A stretch of 64,000 nucleotides of DNA from Mobula hypostoma (Eukaryota). The position numbers were made by a program, and so were the translations under genes. Where the stretch lies: positions 27,840,001 to 27,904,000 of the forward strand of contig NC_086118.1 in the NCBI RefSeq assembly GCF_963921235.1, read 5' to 3'. This document shows positions 38,645-49,995 of the stretch, in pieces; the stretch's first letter is position 1, and each line of letters starts with the position of its first letter. A model generated the notes under the pieces. The model saw nothing but the letters and a program-made list of their open reading frames with translations. It made no database searches and was not told where the DNA came from.

Positions 38645-40805
38645 CGGAACCAGAATCAGGTTTACCATCACTGTCTTAAATTATCTGAAATTCATTGTTT
38701 TGCAGCAACCTTGCGGTAAGTTGCAAAATAATTTAACAGTACAAAGAAAGGGAATGATGAGATGTTGTTCATGGCCCATTCAGGAATCTGATAGCAAAGG
38801 TGAAGAAGCTGTGTCTGATGGTAGTAATGAGAAGAGAGTATGCCCAGGTAGTGAAGGTCGTTAATGAGGATGCCGCCTTATTGGGTCACTGCATCTTAAA
38901 GAAGTCCTTGATGGAGGGAAAGTTTCTGCCTGTGATAGCCCTACACCCTTTGCAGCCTCTTGTGATCCCAGGCATGATGCAACTAGTCAGGATGCTCCCT
39001 ACAGTATGTACATCTATAGAAATTTGCAAGGATCTTTGGTGATATACCAAGTTTCCTCAAACTCCAGATGAAGTAGAGCTGCCGGTATGCCTTCTTTGTG
39101 TTCACATCAATGTGTTGGGTACAGGACAGATCCTCTGAGATGTTGACACCCAAAATCTCAAAATCTGAAAGCTCCACACCCTTTCCACTGCTTATGCTCA
39201 AATATGGACATTTCTAATGCATATTCTCTTGACTTCCCCTTTCTGCTGCCCACAACCAATACCTTGGTCTTGCTGATAGTGAGTGCAACGTTTTTGTTGT
39301 GACACCATTCAACCAGTCGATCTACATCACTACTGAATGCATCCTCACTGTCATCTGAGATTTTACTAGTAACAATGAATTTGTCTGCAAATTTATAAAT
39401 GGCACTTGAGCTGTGCTTAGTCACAGTCATGAGTGTAGAGACAGGAGAGCACTGGGCTAAATACAGATCCTTACATTTCCCCTCTGTTGATTGTCAGCGA
39501 GGCGGAGATGTTATCATAAAATCTGCACTGACTGTGGTCCCTTAAGGAGGAAGTCGAGGATCCAGTTGCAAGGAAGTTAAAAAGACCCAGGTTAAGATAC
39601 TTGGTGATCAGTACTGAGGGGAATTTGGTATTAGATATCATGGTGTGCACTGACAGACAACTGAACCCAGGTATAGAGAAACGACAGTCTTGCATGTTGA
39701 GTCAGAAATAAGAGTTTATTCATCGAAATTCCAACTGGTTTGACTGAGCAACAGCGCGAGCCGAATCATTCTCGAAACACACACAAGGTCCCTTTGATAA
39801 GCGCTAATTGGGAGTCAGCTTTAAATAATTACAGCAGGCTGAAAACCCGTGCCAGTCAAAATAAACATGACAAGATTAAGCAGAAAGCACAAGGGTTTAA
39901 CGACTGTAGATAACACAACAATTAACAGATACAGTTGCAAGGCTAGCAGGGCTCATGACAATTACACCGAGCTATAATTGATAAACAGCAGTCTGACATA
40001 TGTTTTCCTGTTGTCAAGATGATCCAAAGTGGATTGGAGAACTAGTGAGATTGTATCTGTTGTATACTGGTTGCAACAGTTGGCAAATTGAGCATGTTTA
40101 GATCCTTGCTCAAACTGGAGTTAATTCTAGCTATAACAAACCACTCAAAGCACTTTATTAATGAGCATTGCAGATAGAGCCAGCTCACACTGCTCTACTT
40201 GGACACCAGTATGATGCCCTTTTCAAGCAGATGGGAACCTCAGAACACAGTAATGATAAAAGGTGAAGATTTCCTTGAAAACTCTAGCCAGTTAGTTGGC
40301 ACAGTTTTTCCCTCACCCTGCCATGTCCATCATCGGAGCTTGATGCCTTCCAAGGGCTCGCATTCTTGAAGGATGTTCTGACGTCAGCATCTGAGACAGA
40401 TCACAGGATCACCGGATACTGAAGATGTGTGCAGATGTATCATTATTCTCCCTTTCAAGCTTTGCATAAAGGGTGTTGAGCTCTTTGGGAAGTGAAGCAT
40501 CATTGCTGTTTATGTGACTGCTTTGAGTCAAAAGACTGGACCATGTTCAAAGACTCAACTGATATCGTAGATCATATGTCACCACCACAAAAGACTTTTC
40601 CAGCAAGTGAATTGAGGACTGTGTATCCAAGAGGACAATCCATGTGTTTCCAAACCAAGAACCGTGGATGAACTGGGAGATCCACTCCCTACTGAAGTCT
40701 ACGTCTGCATCATTCAAATCAGATGACTTTGATCTTTACAATAAATTGAGATATAATTCTGTAAGGCTATTTGAGATGTCTAGAGATAGCATTAATTAAA
40801 ATCAA
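38645..40805 (-). mobile_element. Rex1-type LINE with an inverted 5' segment (40514-40805) and an internal insertion (~39650-39965)
   Basis: The - strand encodes IYKFADK and LYFIWSLRKLG; the + segment GACTGCTTTGAGTC...CCAAACCAAGAACCGTGGATG (DCFES...PNQEPWM) is upstream Rex1 sequence. Confidence 0.78.
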
Positions 40806-41236
40806 GCATTTGATGGCTCTGGGCCTGCACTTACAGGAGTTTAGAAGAATGAGGGGGATCTCATTGAAACCTATCAAATATTAAAAGGCTGAGATAGAGT
40901 GGATATGGAGAGGATGGTTTCTACTGTGGGGGAGTCTAGGATGAGAAGGCACAATCTCAGAATAGAAGGATGATCCTTCAGAACAGAGATGAGGTAGAAT
41001 TTCTTTAGCTAGAAGGTGGTGAATATGTGGAATTAATTGCCACAAGCAGATGTGGAGGCCAGTTCATTGGGTATTTTTAAAGTGGAGGTGATAGGTTCTT
41101 GATTAGTAAGGGTGTCAAATGTTATAGGAAGAAGGCAGAGGAATGGGGTTGAGAGCAATAATAAATCAGCCGTGATAGAATGGCGGAGCAGACTAATTCT
41201 GCTAATGGCCCAATTCTACTCCTATGTCTTATGCTG
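40806..41236 (+). mobile_element. CR1 3' fragment
   Basis: GGAGTTTAGAAGAATGAGGGGGATCTCATTGAAACC...ATCAGCCGTGAT...CTCCTATGTCTTATG. Confidence 0.8.
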
Positions 41237-41789
41237 TTAGGTTTTAACTTGAAGGAAGTAACAGCATGTAAACACAACTACAGCTGTTATGTATCTCATT
41301 GTGTCTCTAATTTCACATGGAATTGCCTTTTTGCTCTCACAATTAAGCTGCTTCACTGTGGTTCAAGTGTTTCACCATAAATGCATAATAATGATCAAGC
41401 ACACTGGGAAGAAATTCAAAATTATTTCTGGAGGATAAAATGAAGGCCAGCTTTGTGTCATGATTTCTCACATTCCTTGTGGAAATAGTTCTAAAGTGGA
41501 GGGTGCAAAGCGCAGAAGCAGCCCTCCTCCGCACACAAATCAGGGTCTCATTACAGGGCCTGTATAAAATCAGTCCGCAAGTGAGCATCTCATGCCCTGC
41601 TCAAGGTTTATGTAATCTACCAATACTACAAAAGTGGCTATTGGGCAGAGGCAAAAAAATTAGATTTGTAAGATTCAGCAGCATTGGGTGAAATAAAGTG
41701 TTATGGCAGACAGCCACCTGCCCTATCTCCCCCACCATATCCATCTTCCACTTTTTTTCCAGAACCTATTTATGCAACTGTTTCAAGGT

Positions 41790-42290
41790 TAGACTATAAG
41801 ACTATAAGACAAAGGAGCAGAAGTCGGCCATTCGGCCCATCGAGTCTGCTCTGCCATTTTATCATGAGCTGATCTATTCTCCCATTTAGTCCCACTCCCC
41901 TGCCTTCTCACCATAACCTTTGATGCCCTGGCTAGTCAGATACCTATCAATCTCTGCCTTAAATATACCCAATGACTTGGCCTCCACTGCTGCCTGTGGC
42001 AACAAATTCCATAGATTCACCACCCTCTGACTAAAAAAATTTCTTAGCATTTCTGTTCTGAATGGGCGCCCTTCAATCCTTAAGTCATGCCCTCTCGTAC
42101 TAGACTCCCCCATCATGGGAAACAACTTTGCCACATCCACTCTGTCCATGCCTTTCAACATTCGAAATGTTTCTATGAGGTCTCCCCTCATTCTTCTAAA
42201 CTCCAAGGAATACAGTCCAAGAGCGGACAAACGTTTCTCATATGTTAACTCTCTCATTCCCGGAATCATTCTAGTGAATCTTCTCTGTAA
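41790..42290 (-). mobile_element. CR1 3' fragment
   Basis: QRRFTRMIPG...LYSLEFRRMRGDLIE...FFSQRVVNLWN; tail (GACTATAA)n. Confidence 0.88.
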
Positions 42291-43767
42291 CCGATTACAC
42301 TCACAGCCTGACTTGAAATTGGTCAAGCCTCTGTTTTGTGGAAAATCCGTTTGCTGAATAGGAGCCAGACGCTATATAATACAACCTCATTCAACCCTGA
42401 GGTTAATCTTTTAAGAAACAGGCTCAAGGGTTCCAATCATTGTAACTGAGGTCGTGTTCTTTCCCACTGTCACCAGGCAAACTTCTGTATACATTCTGTA
42501 AACAAAATGTTTTTCTACACCAGTCGAATCTGAAACAAAGGTTAAGTGCATAATAATTCCTGAAATTTACCAATTGCTAAGTGAAAATCTTAACGTACAA
42601 TAGTAATAATTAGAAGTAATTATAGGCCAAGTTTTTTGTGCAGGCTCAGATTCCTCTGCGTGGTAACTGAATAACTGCATGTAAACTGGAGGAAAATTGT
42701 GTGTAAACTGTATGATAAAGGACTCTAGCTCATTCGAAATGTTCTTGCTTAAAGCAATAATGCAAATTATGTTTTGATGATTAGTTTTAATTGTTACGTA
42801 CCCCGTAACTGGGTTGCCAAACCAGCAGAAATGGATCACTCAGTTGGAGTCTGGAGTACTAGAACTAAGAAAGTTTTATTAAAGAAACAAGCAACACAGT
42901 AATCGAAAGGATAATAAATGCAACAGTTCAGCGATGATAAACGCACATGTGCACAGAATTAAGATAACAGCATCAATCAAGCTCTATCGTTGTCTAGGGG
43001 TAAATGACCAAATTTCAAAATGACTCAAAGTTCAGTCCAGTTCAGTTCGCAGTAATCGTTGCCATGGCGATGGACAACGTGGGGGAAGAGAGAGATAGAA
43101 TAGGAACAACTGATCATTCAGAACACTGCTTCACTCACAGACCAGCGAGATGGCTCACAAACAGCTTTTGGGCGGGTCCTTGGTGATGTCACCTGAGGTC
43201 ACCGACTGTGACCCCTCCTCCAGATGCGGTCGATCCTCTGCAGTGAACCCGGCACCCAGGCAAGGGCGGACACACACCGGGTTCCCGCTGATCGTACCTT
43301 TCCACCCTTGTCGTTGTCTAGTACTTCTCACCCACTCGTGAGAGGCGCACCGCTTCCAGGGTCTCGTTACCTCGGATGGCGTGTGTCCTGCCTTAGCGAA
43401 CCTGTCCCTTTTTATCCCCCTGCTGGGGTATTGCCTTTCCATCACTTCAAACAGTTCAGGGTTCAAAGGGGGGAGCCGCTCCAGACAGCTCTCTCTCTCC
43501 CACGTCCCTTCATTACACATCTCCAGACGCTGCTCCATTGTTCCTTATCTCTCCTTCCCCTGAGGGCAGGTGGCAGACCAACTGCTGATGCCACTGATGC
43601 TAGCCCAGGCCAGCAAACATCTTAATTTTATGTGTATTCTCGTAACACTTCCCCCCTTTAAGGATTTTTACCGGGAGGTAAAAATTACAAACATGACTAC
43701 ATTATCTGATACATACACAATATACATCTTTATCAGCTATTTGGCTAATACAGAGAATTTGAAGCTG

Positions 43768-44772
43768 TCAACACCTTGACAGACAGTCATCACATTTTCT
43801 GTTCCTTTTACACGTGTTATTAATAAAATAATCCCTTAGACCAGGCTCCAACTCAGCAAACTTCATAGTGGCCAAAAACACTGATGAATTGCGACCAATG
43901 TAACCTCTCATTTGGTTTTGTCCTGGACCACAACAACAAGGGTCGTCCCATTCCGGCTCAGTTTTCTCTCGCAAGGGCTTAGTAGGAGGGGGACGGGTAT
44001 TGACCGCAGAGTTATTGCAAAACTTCCTGCAGTACCCCACCATCTCCAAGAGCCTTCTGAGGGCCCTCTTGTCTGTCGGGGTTGGGAGGTCAGCGATAGC
44101 CTGCACTGCAGCCTGCATCACTGCCAGCTGCCCCTGTGTCACCACAATTCCCAGGTAGGTGACCCTCGTGTGGCCGAATTCATTTTTTTCAAGGTTCACT
44201 ATCAAACTGGCTTCAGACAGCCGTATTAAATTGCCAATACACACCTCTGTGGTCATCAGCCCTTTAGTCACTGAATTACTCAATATATATGAGTGTTCTT
44301 TACTGGGCTGCCCTATTGTAACAGACATAACCCAACGTCCCAGTTCTTTGCATTTCCTCGGGACAATCAAACACATAGGTGCGAGTCGTTTAATTACTCC
44401 TTCTAAAGATTCGCTTTGGTCGGGGATTAAGGGAGAGACCTTATCAGTAGACCTGGCCAAAACAATAGCCTTCTCCCATCTGACCGATCCCATCCTAATC
44501 TTTTCAAAATGGTTTTTTTCTCTTAGCAGGGGGCCCCTAGCTTCATTGATTTCCACGCTAACACCGACTAGGTTTGTTAGCATATCAAAAGCCGGTGACC
44601 GTCTCAGTTCGCGTCGGTCATGATCAATAACATTCTTCCCCCTGGGCAGCCGGTAAATCTCTTTCATGATTCCACCAACTGTTTCCTCCAGCACTGCAAA
44701 ATGTCCACCGGGGGGTACCTCGTGGGCCATGTTAAAAACCTCATCCCCATAACTCTTTGCACCACCCCCCAT
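43768..44772 (-). CDS. Degenerate pol remnant: integrase zinc-binding region, linker, RT palm/thumb fragments
   Basis: MAHEVPPGGHF (IN H-H motif); QPSKEHSY (RT start); VCIGN in place of YIDD; VNLEKNEFGHTRVTYLG; LRRLLEMVGYCRKF. No stop in 334 codons. Confidence 0.75.
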   Translation of the reverse strand: MGGGAKSYGDEVFNMAHEVPPGGHFAVLEETVGGIMKEIYRLPRGKNVIDHDRRELRRSPAFDMLTNLVGVSVEINEARGPLLREKNHFEKIRMGSVRWEKAIVLARSTDKVSPLIPDQSESLEGVIKRLAPMCLIVPRKCKELGRWVMSVTIGQPSKEHSYILSNSVTKGLMTTEVCIGNLIRLSEASLIVNLEKNEFGHTRVTYLGIVVTQGQLAVMQAAVQAIADLPTPTDKRALRRLLEMVGYCRKFCNNSAVNTRPPPTKPLREKTEPEWDDPCCCGPGQNQMRGYIGRNSSVFLATMKFAELEPGLRDYFINNTCKRNRKCDDCLSRC

Positions 44773-46673
44773 TCCTCATCTGCGGGTACTGTACTTGATT
44801 TCCCTTTCTTCCTTAGCACTTCCTCCTCCGCACAATAGCTTGTCAAGGCTGTGTCAGAGAGAGCTGTCTCTGCCAAAACCATCAGCCCCTCGTCTCGCTC
44901 CTGCGTCTGCAAAAATTCTTTCCTGGCTACTGCTACGTCTGTCCCAGCTCCCTCACTACCTCTTATCTCACTACACCCTGTCTCATACAAGGTTGGCAGA
45001 AATGTTTCAGCCAAATTCACCATCGCGGGCGGGGCCTCCATGCTGGCAGGCTGACCCGTCAATCTCACGACTGGGAACACGATTCCTCCGGCGATGTCAT
45101 TACCGAGCAAGACTTCCACGTCTTTCATCGGTAATTCGGACCTCACCCCGATCGTGACTAGTCCAGAGACCAGGTTGCTCTGTAAATGTATCTGGTGCAA
45201 AGGGACTGACTCTGTCCCTTCCCCAACACCTTTGACCTCTACCTCCCCAGTCTGGGTCTCTGAGCTAAACTCTAATACACTCTTCAGTATTAGTGACTGA
45301 CACGCTCCCGTGTCTCTCCAGATCCGCACTGGAACTGGTTTTAACCCCTCCTTCACTGACACCAATCCGGCCGAGATAAACCTCTCGCGCCCTTCCTGAA
45401 CTTTGGCAGACCTGTCCTTCCCTAGCGGTTCGCTTAACAGTTCGATACAGCCATTCAAAATTTCCGCTTTTCCTTTCCCCGTCTCCTTCCTTGGGGCAAA
45501 GCACCTGGACGCAAAGTGTCCGACTTTCCCACAATTATAACAGACGACCCCAGGAGACTTCCTACCAGACTGCTCCCGGTCTACCTTATCCTTTTCACTA
45601 GTCCCCGGCTTACTTTCTGACTTTTCCGGCGGACTCTCCCCGCCGTCCTGACTACCCTTCTGGTAGCCTTTACTCGGGGCAACCTTCATTTTATGCGTCA
45701 ACGCATACTCATCCGCTGACTTAGCAGTTGCGGCTAACGTGGCTGCCTCTTTCTCATTGAGGTAGGGTCTCATACCCTCAGGGACACAACCTTTAAACTG
45801 CTCAATCAGAATCAGCTGCAGCAGTCTGTCATAATCCCCCTCTACCCCTTTCGAGGCGCACCAACGCTCACAATATGTTTGCATCTCACGAGCAAACTCC
45901 AAATACGTGCGGTCCCACCGCTTCCTCGCATTCCGGAACCTCTGCCGGTATGCCTCCGGGACCAACTCATAAATCCTGAGGATGGCCTCCTTCACCACCT
46001 CATACTTCTGGGCATCTTCCGCGGATAAAGCGGAGTAAGCTTCTTGGGCTTTCCCTTTCAGTACACTCTGAAGTAACACAGCCCACTTATCCCTCGGCCA
46101 TTCCTGACTTATAGCCACTTTTTCGAAGTGGAGGAAGTACCGATCCACATCGGTATCGTCAAATGGGGGAACCAGCCTAACCTCCTGGGTCACCCGGAAC
46201 CCTCCACCTTGGTTCGGCACGAGCCCCTGCTCGGCCCTTATCTTTAACTTCTCCAGCTCGAATTCCCTTTCCCTCTGTTTCTCCTCTCTCTCCAACTGTC
46301 TGTCCCTCTCTTTCTCTTCTCTCTCCAACTGTCTGTCCCTCTCTTTCTCTTCTCTCTCCATCTGTCTGTCCCTCTCTTTCTCTTTGTGTTCTAACTGCCG
46401 TACCCGGAACTCGTGCTCGAGTCTCAGTTTTTCAAGCTGTACCTGTACCGCGTCTCCAGCAGGTTTTTCAATAGACACCTCCCCCAGCTCACCTTGGGGA
46501 AACACTCCTTTAGATACATAGTGCTCTACAATAGCTCTGTGTATCTCCTCTCTCCTCATTGTCGACTTCACCTTGGCAAGATTCACCCGTTTGGCCACAG
46601 CTATCAATTCCGATTTCCTGGCATCCTCTAATGCCTCCAAGGTCGGCGCCTTTATAAATTCCTCAACCTCCAT
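44664..46673 (-). CDS. gag: Gag-protease polyprotein: coiled-coil repeat, SCAN-like capsid, CCHC zinc knuckle, aspartic protease
   Basis: 669-aa ORF: PEAYRQRFR...LILIEQF (SCAN-like), CYNCGKVGHFASRC, WRDTGACQSLI, VLLGNDIAG. Confidence 0.92.
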   Translation of the reverse strand: MEVEEFIKAPTLEALEDARKSELIAVAKRVNLAKVKSTMRREEIHRAIVEHYVSKGVFPQGELGEVSIEKPAGDAVQVQLEKLRLEHEFRVRQLEHKEKERDRQMEREEKERDRQLEREEKERDRQLEREEKQREREFELEKLKIRAEQGLVPNQGGGFRVTQEVRLVPPFDDTDVDRYFLHFEKVAISQEWPRDKWAVLLQSVLKGKAQEAYSALSAEDAQKYEVVKEAILRIYELVPEAYRQRFRNARKRWDRTYLEFAREMQTYCERWCASKGVEGDYDRLLQLILIEQFKGCVPEGMRPYLNEKEAATLAATAKSADEYALTHKMKVAPSKGYQKGSQDGGESPPEKSESKPGTSEKDKVDREQSGRKSPGVVCYNCGKVGHFASRCFAPRKETGKGKAEILNGCIELLSEPLGKDRSAKVQEGRERFISAGLVSVKEGLKPVPVRIWRDTGACQSLILKSVLEFSSETQTGEVEVKGVGEGTESVPLHQIHLQSNLVSGLVTIGVRSELPMKDVEVLLGNDIAGGIVFPVVRLTGQPASMEAPPAMVNLAETFLPTLYETGCSEIRGSEGAGTDVAVARKEFLQTQERDEGLMVLAETALSDTALTSYCAEEEVLRKKGKSSTVPADEEWGVVQRVMGMRFLTWPTRYPPVDILQCWRKQLVES

Positions 46674-46749
46674 TTCTGCTGTTTGTCTTTTCTTTCTTTC
46701 GGGAATTTTAACCCAATCAATTTACTCCGTCCCAAATTTAGCGTTCAAA

Positions 46750-46768
46750 ATCCCGGACGAGAACCCCA
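46750..46768 (-). other. Primer-binding site, tRNA-Pro type
   Basis: The - strand reads TGGGGTTCTCGTCCGGGAT, 4 nt after the 5' LTR; the canonical tRNA-Pro PBS is TGGGGGCTCGTCCGGGAT. Confidence 0.85.
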
Positions 46769-48239
46769 CTTATGTTACGTACCCCGTAACTGGGTTGCCA
46801 AACCAGCAGAAATGGATCACTCAGTTGGAGTCTGGAGTACTAGAACTAAGAAAGTTTTATTAAAGAAATGAGCAACACAGTAATCGAAAGGATAATAAAT
46901 GCAACAGTTCAGCGATGATAAACGCACATGTGCACAGAATTAAGATAACAGCATCAATCAAGCTCTATCGTTGTCTAGGGGTAAATGACCAAATTTCAAA
47001 ATGACTCAAAGTTCAGTCCAGTTCAGTTCGCAGTAATCGTTGCCATGGCGATGGACAACGTGGGGGAAGAGAGAGATAGAATAGGAACAACTGATCATTC
47101 AGAACACTGCTTCACTCACAGACCAGCGAGATGGCTCACAGACCAGCGAGATGGCTCACAAACAGCTTTTGGGCGGGTCCTTGGTGATGTCACCTGAGGT
47201 CACCGACTGTGACCCCTCCTCCAGATGCGGTCGATCCACTGCAGTAAACCCGGCACTGGGCCCAGGCAAGGGCGGACACACACCGGGTTCCCGCTGATTG
47301 TACCTTTCCACCCTTGTCGTTGTCTGGTACTTCTCACCCACACGTGAGAGGCGCACCGCTTCCAGGGTCTCGTTACCTCAGGTGGCGTGTGTCCTGCCTT
47401 AGCGAACCTGTCCCTTTTTATCCCCTTGCTGGGGTATCGCCTGTCCATCACTTCAAACAGTTCAGGGTTCAAAGGGGGGAGCCGCTCCAGACAGCTCTCC
47501 CTCCCACATCCCTTCATTACACATCTCCAGACGCTGCTCCATTGTTCCTTATCTCTCCTTCCCCTGAGGGCAGGTGGCAGACCAACTGCTGATGCCACTG
47601 ATGCTAGCCCAGGCCAGCAAACATCTTAATTTTATGTGTATTCTCGTAACATAATATACAAACACTGACAACACAGAAAATACAAGGATGAGAAAAGAAG
47701 TTGCAGAAAGTGCAATCGGTTGCTAACCAGCATTAATTTAAAATTAAGACTGGTTAGCAAATGATTTAAATTTAACTTTAAACTGCGCTGTCTGTTATCT
47801 TCCAATACTCTTAAACCTGATGTAAGAGGTTTGTGAAGTAACTTCAGTAGAAGAGGTTAGCTGATATTTCTGTAATGTAAATTTTAAGGTATCGAAGCGA
47901 AGTTCTACTTCAGGCACAATCCAGATCCAGATTAATCCCAGTCTGAAAAGAGTTCCTTTTTTCCTTAAGGTTTCAATCAATAGCTTATATATTGGTCTTA
48001 CAAATTATGATTTTTTTTCAAAATATCGGTTCTAAAATTATATATTTGTATATAAAATTAAGAAGCTAATTGTGACTGTGATCTTGATCAGGGTAAAGGA
48101 ATGCTGATACGTGGGTGAATCAGCAGCTGAGGCTGTAGGAGGACACAGAGAACATTCTAAGTGATGGCTCTATACATTGCATAGTTTCATGGGAAAAAGG
48201 ATTAGTAAAGATTGAAATAACTATCAAAAATGCAGCAAA

Positions 48240-49280
48240 TATCAGAATCAGGTTTATTATCACCGGCATGTGGCGTGAAATTTGTTAACTTAGCAGCAGC
48301 AATTCTATGCAATACATAATCTAGCAAAGAGAGGGAAAAAAAACATTGTAATAAATGAACAAGTAAATCAATTACGTGTATTGAATAGATTTTTAAAAAT
48401 GTGCAAAAACAGAAATGCTGTATATTAAAAAAAGTGAGGTAGTGTCCAAAGCTTCCCATGTCCATTTAGGAATTGGATGGCAGAGAGGAAGAAGCTGTTC
48501 CTGAATCACTGAGTGTGTGCCTTCAGGCTTCTGTACCTCCTACCTGATGGTAACAGTGAGAGAAGGGCATGCCCTGGGTGCTGGACGTCGTTAATAACGG
48601 ACACTGCCTTTCTGAGACACTGCTCCCTAAAGATGTCCTGGGTACTTTGTAGGCTAGTGCCCAAGATGGAGCTGACTAGATTTACAACCTTCTGCAGCTT
48701 CTTTCGGTCCTGTGCAGTAGCCCCTCCATACCAGACAGTGTTGCAGCCTGTCAGAATGCTCTCTACGGTACATCTATAGAAGTTTTTGAGTGTATTTGTT
48801 GACATGCCAACTCCTAATAAAGTATAGCTGCTGTCTTGCCTTCTTTATGACTACATCAATATGTTGGGACCAGGTTAGATCCCCTGAGATCTTGACAACG
48901 AGGAACTTGAAGCTGATCACTCTCTCCACTTCTGATCCCTCTATGAGGATTGGCATGTGCTCCTTCATCTTACCCTTTCTAAAGTCCACAATTAGCTCTT
49001 TCATCTTACTGAAGTTGAGTGCCAGGTTGTTGCTGTGGCACCATTCCACTAGTTGGCATATCTCACTCCTGTACGCCCTCTCGTCACCACCTGAGATTCT
49101 ACCAACAATGGTTGTATCGTCAGCAAATATATAGATGGTATTTGAGCTATGCCTAGCCACACAGTCATGGGTATACAGAGAGTAGAGCAGTGGGCTAAGC
49201 ACACACCCCTGAGGTGCACCAGTGTTGATCGTCAGCGAGGAGGATATATTATCACCAACCTTCACAGACTGTGGTCTTCC
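48240..49280 (-). mobile_element. 5'-truncated Rex1-type LINE
   Basis: [39 protein letters not shown]; tail ATCAGAATCAG. Confidence 0.9.
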
Positions 49281-49730
49281 GGTCTACAAATACTTGGTAG
49301 GAGGCAAAGAGTTTGGAGAGAGAAATGTCTCTTAATGTCTCAGACTGGTGCAAAATCATCAGCCTGGAAAGCACTGACATTGCTTCTGGACTCATCATTC
49401 CACAGATTCATCCTGACCTACTGAATATTTCTAGCATCTACTGTTTTTAATTCAGATTTTTGGTGTTTGCAATATTTTGTTTTAAGTAAAAGATATTGTT
49501 GTTTTGAAACAGGTGAATGAGACATGTTCTTTCTCATGCCTGTGAGGACGAAAGCTACGCTGCAAACAGTTTGAGGCAGGGTCCTGTCATTGATTTCAGC
49601 TATAGTGTACAATAGAAGTAAAAACGAGCTGGTGTAAACAAAACTCCGAGGTCCTAAGGGCTAAACTTTTCACAGTTCTGGGTTCAGCCTATTTTCAACA
49701 TCACACCATTGTTTCAGAGTTTAGGAAGGA

Positions 49731-49995
49731 AGTCCTGATGAAGGGTCTCGGCCTGAAACATTGACTATTTAATCTTTTCCGTGCTGTCTAGCCTGCTGAG
49801 TTCCTCCAGCATTTTGTGTGTGTGTGTGTGTGTGTCTGTGTGTAGGAAGGAAAGTCTGTATTAACAAGAGAAAATCTGCAGATGCTGGAAATCCAAGCAA
49901 CACACACAAAATGCTGAAGGAACTCCGTAGGCCAGGCAGTATCTATAGAAAAGAGTAAACAGTTGATATTTCGGGTCGAAACCCTTCATCATTGG
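49731..49995. mobile_element. Two Penelope-terminal fragments tail-to-tail around (TG)n, each with a decayed hammerhead motif
   Basis: + strand AGTC-CTGATGA-AGGGTCTCGGCCT-GAAA-CATT-GACT at 49731-49766; - strand TGATGAAGGGTTTCGACCCGAAATATCAACT at ~49961-49991. Confidence 0.75.

Larger units (their letters stand above)
42792..47651 (-). mobile_element. Non-autonomous Gmr1-like (SCAN-Gag) Gypsy LTR retrotransposon
   Basis: 5' LTR 46773-47651 and 3' LTR 42792-43647 (TGTTACG...CGTAACA); TSD TAAT (42788-42791 and 47652-47655); tRNA-Pro PBS; PPT AAAGGGGGGAAG at 43648-43659; domain order PR, IN, RT. Confidence 0.96.

Noticed and set aside
42295..42400. Candidate minus-strand exon ending at GTGAGT
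   Set aside because: Weak acceptor and unrecognisable peptide.
47795..48160. Minus-strand polypyrimidine-AG acceptors (~47945 and ~48135)
   Set aside because: No matching strong donors or recognisable coding sequence.
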